Positions 1-12,893 of a stretch of 64,000 nt of DNA are shown here, piece after piece (the first letter of the stretch is position 1; every line of letters begins with the position of its first letter). Source of the DNA: Cycas panzhihuaensis (taxonomy: Eukaryota > Plantae > Cycadophyta); assembly GCA_023213395.1 (NCBI GenBank), contig CM041465.1, positions 123,449,741-123,513,740 of the forward strand, read 5' to 3'. Below the pieces are notes generated by a model. It did no database searches. It saw only the letters and a program-made list of their open reading frames with translations, and was not told where the DNA came from. The position numbers and the translations under genes were made by a program.

Positions 1-951
1 TTTGTTACTACTTTGAGATTGTTGCCTATGTTAATTTTGAAAAATTTCAATTAGTCTTTGTTGATTTGATTAAGGATTTGATTGATATTTTAGTGTTTTT
101 CATTACCTACAAGTTGATGCTTAACCATCAAGCAACTTCCAAATATTCAAGTTTGATATATTTGTTTCTATAAAGTTTTTTATTAATTTAACTAAATTAG
201 AATTTTCTCTCAAGTCTACAAAGCCCCTTTGATTAAGAAGATAGTTATATACATTCATAACATGACCAAGGGCTACAAGGTAAAAGGGGCTACATGCCTT
301 ATAGTTTATTTTTGAGGTACCTATATTTTTTTGCTCATAACTTTGCAATTAGGAGTCTGATTTATGAGTTGTCTTAACCATTGGAACCAAAATTTATAGA
401 TGATCATTTTGATATATAATTTAAATTATTTTAAAGCCATTTTTATTGACATATTTTTAGTCAAGTTTGATACTTTATTTGGAGCCATGTGTGGTAACTA
501 ACAAAGAATTTTTTCATAAACATTTGATGATAACCAACATATCAAGGATGTCTCATATGATAATTTCATCAAATATTTTTTATTTAATAAAAATTTTCAA
601 CTAAAATGTACCTCAAAATGTCATAAATGGGCCTTAAAATGCTTGATTTTAAACTAAACTTTATTTTTCATCTACTATTTCTCAAAAAATAAGTTTACCA
701 TAATGATTGGAACCATAGAAAACATTAGAATTAACTAAAATTTTTCTGAAAACTGATATGGAATTCATCTAAAATAAAGTTTGGAGCCTTTGCATCCCCT
801 AAAATTTCCCTATCTTTTACTGTCTAAAATAGATTGTATGACCACTCGTTGCGACCGTCTTGAAGTCTACTTTCTAACGCAATAGACAATACCTAATTCT
901 GATATATGAGTAATGAGTTATGCTGCAAAATATACCAGTATGTCATAAAAT

Positions 952-1263
952 TGAAGGAAGGATGGATTTAGGGAATAAATCACTCACATGTACACAATGA
1001 TAATGGAGAATAAAAAATAGATGAAATAAGATATGAGAGCAAAGCTTAGAGGTGAGAATGAATAATGACTCCCTCCTTGAGATTTTGCCTTTTATTATTA
1101 AGGGTGAGCATTAGGATTAAGATTTTCCTGCCTAATGACATGAACCCAAAATTATATTTAAATGCACATAAAGCGCATTTCACTAAGCGACTAATACTAA
1201 CAATATATCTTAAGGTCACTTAATTAATCTACACAAATGACCTTGATACATTAATCTCTTTTA
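952..1263 (-). repeat. 3' LTR of Copia family A copy 1
   Basis: Aligns over its full length with 8190-8501 (7 mismatches in the first 60 nt, mostly transitions); adjacent to the PPT. Confidence 0.92.
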
Positions 1264-1264
1264 A

Positions 1265-1276
1265 TCCCCCCCTTAA
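1265..1276 (-). other. Polypurine tract
   Basis: TCCCCCCCTTAA immediately inside the 3' LTR (minus strand TTAAGGGGGGGA). Confidence 0.85.
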
Positions 1277-1690
1277 TGGTGGGAGGTCATTTTGAGAAAA
1301 TCTATTCTATGAGGTCTTCATTTGAACTTCATTATTATATTGAAATTCTAAATGACACTTTTATAGGAAAACCCTCATGGGGAATAAAAACTATAGCCCC
1401 TTTTATAAATTAAAATGGCTAAGGTGGTTCTTGATGTAGTTTGATAGCCAACCAACTTAAATATATAGCTTGATCTGGTGAGTCTCCATATACCATTTGG
1501 TCATCCCCTATGCCCTTTTAGATTTTCATAGGTTTAGATTTTCTAAAACTAGTACAACCCTTATCCTTCCGTACTCACATGGGGTTTTCAGAAATATGAT
1601 AGAGTAGACACTTACTTTTATTCTTGTGCACCGACAAGGGGTTTTCACAAATAGAATAGAGTATGATGATCCTATTGCCATCTTTTTTAC

Positions 1691-4600
1691 TCAGTCAAAG
1701 ATGGAGGCTCTAAGGGCGAGTTACCTTCGGAAATGTTTAAACTTCACCCTTTGCAGCAGTTTGATGAAGATATCATCCACTTGATCTGCTGTGGGACAGT
1801 ATTCCAGTTGAATTATGCCATCATGAACTAGTTCTCTAATCCTATGGACTTTCATACTTATGTGTTTGGTATGATTACAAATATAGGATTTTTCGCCATG
1901 TGGATTGTTGATTGATTATCTCCTAAGGCCGACAGGACTTGTTTGGTGATATTCAATGTTTCTAATAATTTTCTAAGTTATGTCAACTCCTTGCTGGTCT
2001 CAAAAGCAGTAATGTATTCAATTTTGATAGTTGAATTAGCAACTATCTTCTACCATCTAGATCTCCATGATATTGGTGTTGTTCTAAGAAATGTTACATA
2101 CTCATACATAGATCTTCTTATATTTTTATCTCCTATAAAGTCTGAGTCTGTGTATGTAGAAAACTTAAATTCATTATTAGGTTCATATAACAAACCAAAT
2201 TTGCTAGTTATCTTTAGGTATTTTAACACTCAAACTGAAGCCTGCTAATGATTCTGCTTAGGATTTGTTATAAATCGTGCAAGAATACTGATAGAATGTG
2301 CAATATCTAGCCTTGTATTATTAGTGTAGATGAGACTACCTACAAGTTTCTTGTAGAGTGTTGCATCTGCCTCCCTAGTATCACCATTAGCTGAGAGTTT
2401 GGTATTAGGGTCCATAGGTAAAGCCATTGGTTGATCATCTTCTAACTAAAACTTGGTTAGAAGATCGTTGATGTATTTTTCTTAGAAGAGGAAAAATTTT
2501 CCATTCTTTTGTGTTGCTTCAATTCCCAAGTAATATTTCATCAAACCGAGGTTAGACAATTCGAATGTTTTGCTAAGGTCCTTTTTCAATTAGCTTATTG
2601 CCTGTTCACTATTATCCGTTACTAACATGTCATCCACAAAGATTATGAGATAAGTGATTTTGTCTTTTTGGTGCTTGATGAACAATGTTGCATCAATATC
2701 TTGGTAGTCATAAACCTCGTATCTAAGTTACCTTATTCTTTCAGATAACTTGGCAAACCAAGTATGAGGGGCTTGTTTAAGTCCGTACAAGGATTTTTTG
2801 AGCCTGTAAACCTTATGATCTTCACCTTCGATCTTGTATTCTTTTAGCTAAGCCATGTAAATTTTTTTGTCAAGATCCCCATTGAGAAATATGGCCTTAA
2901 TATCAAGCTGGTGGATTTTCTAACCCTGATGAGCAGCCAATGCCACAAGAGTTCTAATTGTAGGGGCTACTTAGTTGTAGGTGCAAAGACTTCAGTGTAG
3001 TTGATGCCTTCTCTTTATATGCATCCTTTAGCTACCAACCTCGCCTTGTGTTTTTCAAGGGTGTCGTCTGATCTATATTTGTTTTTGAACACCCGTTTAT
3101 TTTGAACTACCTTTCTGCCAAGTGATAGATCAACGAATTTCCATGTACTATTTTTTGTGAGAGATTGGTATTCTTCGTTCATTGTATTTCTCAAAACTGT
3201 ATGTTTTACAACTTCCTGGTATGAGAGGGGCTCTTCATTAAGAGTAAGATGTAGTTCTACTGATTCAAGCTCAATATATAATGATTCTTGTATCCTTGCT
3301 CTATGGGCACTTCAAATGCCAGTTTTACCCACCTCATCTGGTCGTATGTCCTTATTGAGCTGGCAGGCTTGATGAGATCCTCGAGTTGGAAATGAGGTCC
3401 TCATTTCCTCAACTTCTTGGTTCTCATCTTATTTACTAAAATGATCATTTTGTGATGAGGATGTTAATGCACTTAAGGAAGATGGTCCTTCTACCATTGT
3501 TTTACCTTTGTCAATTAAAGGTGGAGAGGATGATTATTCTATAATGGCTTTGCCTTTGTCAACTCTGTTATCTTCAAATGATGGTGCTGGATGTGCACTC
3601 ATCAGTTCAGAGTTGACTTATATCCTTCGAGGCTATATTGTCAGCTTCCAATATTTGAAGTAATTTATATGTATCCCCCCCCACCCCAAATTTTAAAATT
3701 TGAACATCATACTTGATAACATTATTATAACAGTGTGAGGGTATTTTGAAGTCTAGTCTAAGCAACTAATCAGTTTTCTCTACAGAAACGATATCTCTGA
3801 TAACGATGATTTTTTACTGTAAAAGTATAAAGACCTTATACCCTTTCTTGTCCATAGGGTATCTGACAAAGATGCCTTTAAGTGCCCTTAGTTGGAGTTT
3901 ATTTTGATCTGCATCCAGAATGTGGGCATAACATGTAGAGCCAAAAATTTTGAAGTAGTAAATAATGGGAGCTTGTCCTAACCACTTTTCATTAGGTGAT
4001 TGTCCTTCCTTTGATGGGCTAATAATATTGATGTAATAAAAGACTATCTAGATAGTTTGGGCCCATAGGTAGGCAGGTATATTTTTGTATACCAACATAG
4101 TTCGAGCCATGTTCATGCACTTGGCAACTCCGTTTTGCTGTGGGGTACCTGCTACTATTGTTTGGTGTTTAATTCCATTGTATTGAAGGTAGCTTTCAAA
4201 CTCATGTGAGGTATATTTTCTACCATTATCAGTTCAAAGACATTTGAGTTAATAACCTGACTCTTTTTCAGTGCGCGTTTTGAATTCTTTGAATACATTG
4301 AAGGCTTCATCTTTCTTGTGTAGAAAAGCTACCTATACTTTCTTAGTGAAATCATCAATGAAAGAGATGTAACATAACTTGCCCTTTAGTGAATAAATGG
4401 GCATTAGTTTGCATAGAACAGTGTGTACCAATTATAATGGATGGCTTGATTTCCATTGACTTTTGGGAAAGGGTTGTCGATAAGATTTGATAATGATACA
4501 AGCTTCACATTTGAAGGGCTTGGAGGAGAACTTTGGGAAACTTGGAAGAGTGTTACAAAGATCTCTAAGTCTATCGATGTGAATATGGCCCATGCGAGCA

Positions 4601-6258
4601 TGCCAAAGATCTTCTGGCGACAACATTGGGTGGGTTAGGATGGTATTAAATGTAAATTCTTCATCAACACAAGGGCTTTGGGCACAATGGGCTTTAGAAA
4701 ATGGAAATCCATTTAGTCAAAAGAGTTTGCCAGTGAGATGCCCAGTCAAGACCACTCTATTAGTTAGAGGGTCAATGACCTGGAGAGTCTAGTCATTTGC
4801 AGTTACACTTAGATTAAATTCATGAGAGACAAGCGTGGATAAGGAGAGCAAGTTTTATTTGAGATTGGGTATGTATAGGACATTAAGCAATGTAAAATCT
4901 CTTAGGCCTGAGAGTTTTAGGCGAATGTTACTAATTCCTTCAACAGGTTGTTGTGATTTATCAACCATGTGAACAACTCCTTGAACATTTGAATCAAATG
5001 TTTGATGTAGATTGCGATTGCATGTCATGTGTTGAGTTACTCCTATGTCCATGATCTACTATCTATCGATTAAAGTAACACTATTTGCAATTCCAATTAG
5101 ACTTAACATTTGTGAGGAGAATTCACAAGTGATATATCAATATCGAGCTTTAAAATATTTCTATGGTTGGTCAATGGTATTTGATGCTGAAGATCCATCA
5201 ATTCTTTGAAAGTGTGCTTCTACAAAACCTATACCACTAAATGATTCTTCACAAGTTTCTTCAACATTGTGAGCTCTATGTTTTGGTTAGAACTTGACCA
5301 ACTTATAAGTGGTGGTTCTATATTTTTTTGCAAAGTATCCTTTACGGTTACACTGATCACACATAATAGTTTGATTGCTAGTCCCTAAAGAGGTATTGGT
5401 TTGGCCTGATTGTCATGGTTTTTGTTAAGGTGACCCTTGGCCTTGAGACTGTTGAGGCTGTGATTGAGAGTTTGGTTGATCTTGTGGATAATTTCCTATG
5501 TTTCTTCCTCTTTCTCTTGCTTGGTTGTTTCCTCTGCCATGAGAAAGACCTTGATTCTTTGTGTAGCAAGCTTCTTCTTCTACCTCAAAGGTTGTATCTG
5601 GAAGAGAGTCAGAGGTTACAAAGTTGGTATCAAAGGTCTTATCAAATTATATAAACTTCTCGACAAGTGCTTCGAAGTTGAGTGTCTTTAATATTTCATT
5701 AGATTGAAGACTTCCAAGCAAGTTTTTATAATCAGGGACATGTAGACATGATTAGATCAAGAATTTCTAAGTGATGCATTGGGTCTTAAAGTCTTTGTTA
5801 ATTACCTATTTTATTATTCGAAGGAGATTTATTGTCTTATAAGCTCATCCCTCTTGCATTTTTAATTTATTCATTTTCAGAATAAGATGAACAAATTCTA
5901 AGTTTGACTTGGTATCAAAGTTCTTCTTGAAAATTTCAAGGACCTTCCAGACCATATCATGTTGCTCTTCGTTAATTAAGTTGTGTAAGGAGTGATCAAT
6001 AACCAATAAAATTCCTGCATGAATCTTTTTATCATATATCTCCCATTGTAGTTTGGTTGCAGCATCTATATGAACTGTTGGAGCAGTTCCACCGGAAGCA
6101 GGTGTTGTAGCCGTTGAAGGTATGCTGTGTGTAGGCTATAAGTGGGCTCTCTAAATGCCTTCATACTTTGTAACATTTTTAATTCTAGTGTACCACAAAT
6201 CCCAATTTTCTTTGCTTTTCAATATGTAGTCGACATTTTGCTTAAATTGAGATGACAT
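1691..6258 (-). pseudogene. Copia gag-pol polyprotein pseudogene (many stops and frameshifts)
   Basis: Minus-strand motifs: gag start MSSQFKQ..NWDLWYTRIKN; degenerate zinc knuckle CDQCNRKGY; protease DIGVTQHMT; LWHARMGH; integrase TDNG and PQQNGVA; RT KARLVAKG, LYGLKQAP, FVDD, YKKLVGSLIY; RNase H end DQVDDIF. Confidence 0.92.
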
Positions 6259-8175
6259 GGTGATGATGAAAAAGTAGAAGAGACGATAGAAGTATGTACC
6301 AATGACACGTGTGGCTAGTATACCTGACGCAACAGGGATGCAGAAATGAATGCTGTGATGAGGAGGTAAATAATGATTAAGTATTTTTCAACAACTATGA
6401 AGAATGAGTATAATCAATGATGTAAGAATGAGGCATAATGTAGAGCCGGCAAAGAGTAGTGATGTGTTATGCCATTAGCCTTTAACTTATGTCCAAATGT
6501 AGGTGAGGTTTCGATGCCTAAAGCTTCTAGTATACAATTAGGGCCTTCACCCACGATACTTGCACTTGCATTTAGTGATGAAATCTAAGTCATAGTGGAG
6601 CCCAGGTACTCCCAATCCTTACCCAGTTCACTAGTGACTAGCTATACACCTCCTCCAAAGAGTCAAATAGTACGTGCATATCCTATGGCTATGACAGATA
6701 TTTGACCGAGTTAATTTTAATTTTACATTAAGGTTTTAATTGTCCTGGCTGGTTATTAGGATAATCCCTGAAGGGAGGCCATAGGTATGGTTAACCTATC
6801 GCTCTACTAGTATTTCAGTTAAAATCAGATCCAGTATGAAACTCACACCTCCCTTAGAGCCCAGACTTCGGCCAACTGTGGTATATTTCAACCAAGGCGA
6901 GTGTGCGCACAAGTCAAGAACTAGCAGTATAAATTAAATGTAATAGGTTCATTTTAGGGAATATGAAAATATGTTTGTGTTTATGTTGCTGAAATGAATT
7001 GCTAATGTGTTGATGCTTGCTTTTATGCTTTTGTCTATCAATGTGCATGCACACAAACAAATATACAAAGATGCTAAGTATAAATACTGGATTTTGTTCT
7101 GATTCAAGTGTTTTACTATTACATTGAACTTTTTTTTTGCTTTTGCTATTTAAAAACCCCTTCTTTTTTTTTTTAAGAAAAGGGAAAAAGCAAAAAATTT
7201 AAAAATTTACTTCTAAATTTAAATTTTGACCAAGAGAGAAAGTACTAGAAAAAGTGAGAGGAATCTGAATTTTCTGTCAGAAACTTCTATATGGCCATAC
7301 AACCATATAAAATGGCTGAAACATTTTGGCTCAAAACTTCACTCTCCAAGATGATCTCGCTATGGTGAGTCAAAAAGTCTTTTGGCGAAACTTCTGAAAA
7401 TGAGCAAAAAGAACCTGAAACTCATCGAAATTCCTATGAGACTTTCCTTGGCAGAAATTTAAATTTTGAAGAAATCTTTCTCTCTAGTGCATTAAATTTG
7501 ATAAAACTTGATTTGTTGGATTCCTTGAGGCTAGATCCACTAAAACCCTCAAGATATTTTGACATGCATTGAAATTTTTGAGAAAATTTATCAAAAAAAT
7601 AGTGAGATTAGGGTCAACTGAACCTTTATTTTTTGAGGTTAATAGAGGAAAAATTTGGAGATGGTGTAGAAGACAAAAATATTTTTCTTGCCTGGGCATA
7701 CCTCCTTATAATTTTTTAGCCAAAACAGACAACTTTTGATTTTCACCTCTTGTAGGGCTAAACAACCTTTTCTCGAACGATTTAGGCTTATTTCTGCCAC
7801 TTGCAAGCAGTTAAAAATTTTCCCTACAGCTTTACAACATAGATTTTATAACTAACAATTTATTTATGATGAAAAATCAATAAAATCTCCATTAATAAAA
7901 TTTAAAATTAGCTACAAAGATTGATAAAAAGTTTTTTTTTTTTTCAAGAGCCTAAAGGTATGAAACCTTTTCCAGCTAACAATTTTGATCCTCAATGCAA
8001 CTGTAAATAAATAGAGGATATTGAAATATGCTATAAATGAAATATAAGCTTTGCATGGTAAAAAACTCTCTAAATTTTGAAAATAATGAGTGCACTGTCA
8101 ATACTTCACATTGAAAGTGAATGAGAGGCAAAATGACTCGATGTAAGTGGAATGGAGTGAATAGATCATATTTTA

Positions 8176-8187
8176 GCTCTGATACCA
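8176..8187 (-). other. Primer-binding site, tRNA-iMet
   Basis: GCTCTGATACCA = reverse complement of TGGTATCAGAGC, 2 nt from the LTR. Confidence 0.95.
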
Positions 8188-8189
8188 CA

Positions 8190-8501
8190 TGAAAAAAGTA
8201 TGGATCTAGGGAATAAATCACTCATATGCACACAATGACAATGGAGAATGAGAAAGAGATGAAACAAGATATGAGAGCAAAGCTTGGAGGTGAGAATGAA
8301 TAATGATTCCCTCCTTGAGATTTCGCCTTTTAGTATTGAGGGTGAGCATTAGGGTTAAGATTTTCCTACCTAATGACATGAATATGAAATTACATCTAAA
8401 TGCACATAAAACACATTTCACTAAGAGACTAATGTTAACAATATATCCTAAGGTCACTTAATTAATCTACACAAATGACCTTGATACATTAGCCTCTTTC
8501 A
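8190..8501 (-). repeat. 5' LTR of Copia family A copy 1
   Basis: TG...CA, adjacent to the PBS, followed by TSD AAAAT. Confidence 0.93.
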
Positions 8502-9539
8502 AAAATAATGTGTGATCCTATAAAAATAGAAGACATATCTGAAACTTCATCAATTTCTAAATATAAATTTTAAAAAATATAAAATAGTCCAATCTATAAA
8601 AGTTAGAGTCCGCCCCCTTTATAACTTAGCCCCCGATCATATAAGCTCTTTATATGACTGGCTGTTGATCTATAAGGAGCTAGATGGATATGAAAATATA
8701 TCTAATTCAATTAAATTTCTGAAACCATATGTAAATTTTTTTAGGGTTTTAATAAATTCTTCGTACATAAAAAATAACTTCATCTTTGTATCAAAAATTC
8801 TCCTGTAAATACAAATACAAATCTATACATGTATAATGAGTTACTCTGTCGATCGATTTCATGATTGAATGATTATGATCAATAGATCATGGTTTACTCT
8901 GTGTCTGCATGAGCTTGGCTATTTGAACTAAAGGCTCTTCATTGCCTTTAGATGACTATAAGATCCAAAATTGTGTGTGGTAGTATTTTATACATGGGTG
9001 ATATCTTCTGTGCAACAATGGGCAACCTTGTGTTAATTCCTAGAGGGACAAGTTCCAATGGTTAGGGCATATAGTTGTATGTATTTAAGGCATGCATTGC
9101 ATTATCATGGCAATGGAGGGCAGCTTCGCTTGTGAAAAAAATGCTTTGCATGTGTAGTAGAGTTTGCCTCCTTAGTTATGCTATGTGACTAGATGGAACT
9201 TTGTGGGAAATTATATGTATTGGCATGATCATCTACTCCATTAAAGACGTTCTTGTCATCCCTAAGTATTACTTCATGTACAAATCCATGGAGAGTGATT
9301 TCAAGTAGATCTTATTTATAACTACGAGCAAGGACATTCCATCGCTGATTTATGCCACGCGACTTCTCCATAGGTTTGATGTAGGTTTTTCACCATAGAG
9401 TAGGCGTCTGAACATGTATCTCACATATCTTAAAGTAGGTGAATGGTAGGAAGTACATGTGTACAATGAGCCCACATTAAACATTATGTTTTAACAAATA
9501 GATGTGACAAAGGACTTATCAATGTTGAATATTAATGAG

Positions 9540-10560
9540 TTATTATTAATGTTATTGACAAAAGAGAAAAAGAAGAGTTTAATTAATAATTTAGAATAAG
9601 TCTTTGCTTCTAAGGTTTTAATGAGAGCAAAGCTTAAGAGATCATTATATCAAGGAATAACACTAGCACTAGTGTATAGATCAGGATAAGCAACAACACC
9701 TTCATCGATATCAAATTATGAATAAGGTAATTTTGGATATGGATATGGATAAGGATAACAGGGCCAATTTTAGATAGGTAGAAAATAATTGAGAGGAAAA
9801 AACTATTCAATAGGAAGGAATCCTACTCCATCAAGAAGAAGAAGTTCATTAAGAAGAAGAGGTAGAACACCATCTAGAGAAAATAGAAAAGGAAGAGGTT
9901 TCATTACTTCTTACTACAAGTGTAGAATGAAAGGATATTATTCATATGAATGCCATAAAGATAACATGTCCAATACTAGAACTGATAAAAATGAAAATAT
10001 TTTCTATACAAGCTTGAGTATTTAATTTTATGATAAAAAAGATAAATGGTATATTGATTTTGGCTCTTTAGCTTATATGTCCTGTAATGTAGATGTATTT
10101 TCTAAGATTAATAAAGAAAACAATCAAAGAAACGTCATTTTTTGAAATGATAATACATAAGAAGTTCAAGGACAAGGAGTTGTAATAATTCAAACCAAAA
10201 ATAGAATAAATAAGAATATTCACAATGTATTATTTATACTTGGATTGAGAAGGAACTTGTTATCTATTTATTAAATGATAAAACAATAATATAGGGTGGT
10301 TTTTAATAATGGAGAATATAAAATAAGTGATAAATTGAATAATGTTATTATAGTTACAAAATGCCAAATGACAAAAGATAGATTATTCAAACTTGTACTT
10401 TCTCCACATTTATAAGTGTTGAATATTTTAATTTCAAATGCAAAAATACTTTGGCAACATAGATTTGAACATCTTAAATATGGTGCACTAATTACATTAA
10501 GGATAAAAAGTATGGTAATATGATTTCTAGTTATTCAAAGTAATAATGAAGTATATGAAA
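9540..10560 (+). pseudogene. Heavily degraded Copia gag/protease/pre-integrase fragment
   Basis: Knuckle-like YKCRMKGYYSYEC (~9915-9955), protease WYIDFGS (~10047), NVLFILGLRRNLLS (~10224), LWQHRFEHL (~10449); boundaries approximate. Confidence 0.75.
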
Positions 10561-10580
10561 TATCGCAGGTTTGAGTTATA

Positions 10581-10621
10581 TCATACATAACTCATATATG
10601 AAATATATGAGTTATGTATGA
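10581..10621. repeat. Perfect 19-bp inverted repeat with GAA loop
   Basis: TCATACATAACTCATATAT-GAA-ATATATGAGTTATGTATGA. Confidence 0.9.
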
Positions 10622-11678
10622 CATCAATAATAAGATACATACTTCTAGAGTGAATTTCTTTAACATAACTCTAAAATATAGATTTAAGGCCACATGTGCC
10701 TTCTCCATAGTCTAACACCCCCACTCAAAGTAGAAATATTAAAAAATAATGATTCTTTTACCAAGAAAAGTATTTATCTATCATGGAGATTTCCTAGTGT
10801 CAAACATGCCCTACAATAAAATTTTTGACTACATCAAGTTGTAAATTGCTAATCTAACACCATATATACTTATAAGACATCATAATATCCCTAATAAATG
10901 TAATAGAATATGAAAATATATCAAACTAATAATGCAATTGCCCATCATCTCTACAATCTACTATGAGGATTTCATCCATCAAATTAGAGATGGTAGTCCT
11001 AGCATATGTATCTACCAATAGTCCATTTATACTATTAGTAACATAATGAAACCTTCATTATATGCCCTATATACCTTCAACATCCAAACCCCATAACAGG
11101 CTAGGATTTCATTGTAGCTCTATAATTATCTTTAATGTAGGGTTATAAAGATCTTTATTTCATCAACAAAATGACCACAATATAATTAACAAGAGACAAA
11201 CATAGTTACTGGACCAAAAAACTCATAGATTCTTTTTAAACCCTCTTTAAAACCTATCTAATGTCTCATAAAACTAGACAATAAACTAGTGGCAGGTATC
11301 TTTACTACAATAACAACTTTAATAGAGTGATGAATCCTACTCTAGAAGCTTCATTCATATGCATTTAACAAGCACTTGTATGTATGTGTATTTGCAACTA
11401 ACGTGAAAAATAGTAATAGTCTAATAAATAAATTATACTTTATGCGATAATTCACCATAGTATTTATCTTTAAAGAACTATAATCATTTACACTCTAACT
11501 AGATTTTTAATGGATTAGGCACTAATATGTTATTCAGACCTACATATCAACATGTTGTTTAGATACTTCTCTAGCTAATATGCTCTTTAAGAACATGATT
11601 AATATACTCTTCAAGCACCCTATAAAAATGTAGTTGAACAACCTTCTTACAAACCTACAATAGCATAACTTACTTAAT

Positions 11679-12156
11679 TGTAAGAAATAGAATATAGCTA
11701 AACTATGCTTTGATACCAAATGTTGGAAAAATATTTTGCAGGAGAACAGGGTAGAACATACAATAATCTTCAATAGATCAATACAAATCATAAATCATCA
11801 ATAGATCAATGTAGCATGATAGCATAAACACATGAAAGCATTGTATTCAAGCCATTGTGAGAAGAGTAATACAAATTTCTCAAAAGAGGGCGGTGTCTAA
11901 AGACACCAAGGTTGCACACCCCTCAATATTTATAGTTTTGGGGAAGAGGGAAACTCCTCAACCCCTGAATTCAAAATAATAATAAAATAATGCTAACTTA
12001 ACTTAAATGAAACTAACTCAACTTAACATAAATTAAAGTTAAACTTACCTTAACTTACATTGACATGTTAAGCATCACATGTCTAAATTGAAGTTGATGA
12101 GGTGTACAATCTTGGTTGGAAAGGTGGGAGTGGAATGATGACGATTAACTCCAACA
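11679..12156 (-). repeat. 3' LTR of element B (478 bp, including a 42-bp extension with a relic PBS)
   Basis: Aligns with 17403-17820 plus 20319-20363; inner TGTTGG...CCAACA terminal inverted repeat at 11721 and 12156. Confidence 0.9.
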
Positions 12157-12170
12157 TTCTCCCCCCTTAA
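12157..12170 (-). other. Polypurine tract of element B
   Basis: TTCTCCCCCCTTAA abutting the LTR end CCAACA. Confidence 0.85.
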
Positions 12171-12578
12171 TGTCATCACAAACACTTGTATCTTTTCCTT
12201 GAACTTATGGAACTTGTACTTAAAAAAACTTTAAAATTATGATCTTCATTAACATACTTCAACCTTCTTACAAAATATCTCTTTACCAAGGTACGATGCA
12301 AAGAAACTGTAAGTAGATGATGCTTGATTCAAGTATGTATGTATAGATGCAACTTTAACTTTGTCAACTGGAACACTGAGAAAAAATTAAATTTGAACTT
12401 GTATGCTGTCAACAACTGTCATATCATAAAATTCCTTTTTTGTTATATCAGATTCATTCTCCATCATGTCACATAATTCATTTTCATTCTCCTATTCAAA
12501 TGGAGGATCAAATCCTTCTGTAGCAAGTTGGTCCTGTATTTGACTTGAATCTTCATTGGTTTTGTCATCATGATCCAC

Positions 12579-12893
12579 CTATTCTGTCACCTGTCTCACA
12601 TACTCAATAAAAATATCATCAAATACAAGGAGGGTATCTCCCCCATAGGTAGAAATTAATGTATTCCAAACAGATTTAGATGTTGTTAATTCACAAACCT
12701 TTGAAAAAATATTATCATGAATAGTATAAAATAATAATGCTAATGCTTCATTATCCTTTCTAATATTTTCCTTAATACTAACATCATAGTCATTTTGCAA
12801 ATATTTCCATAAATCATGTGTAATAAAATAGTTTTTCATAACTTTGTTCCATTCTAAAAAATTTTGCCCATCAAATATAGGTAAGTGTGCCAT
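12579..12893 (-). pseudogene. Copia gag N-terminal fragment (104-aa ORF)
   Basis: LPIFDGQNFLEWNKVMKNYFITHDLWKYL and KDNEALALL..IF..V....TSKSVWNTL..Y, typical of the Copia gag N-terminus; only ~420 bp separate it from the 3' LTR, so there is no room for pol. Confidence 0.85.

Larger units (their letters stand above)
952..8501 (-). mobile_element. Ty1/Copia LTR retrotransposon, full-length but decayed (family A, copy 1)
   Basis: Two 312-bp direct repeats (952-1263, 8190-8501) starting TG, the right one ending CA; identical 5-bp TSD AAAAT at 947-951 and 8502-8506; iMet PBS and PPT on the minus strand; gag-PR-IN-RT-RNaseH order inside. Confidence 0.95.
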
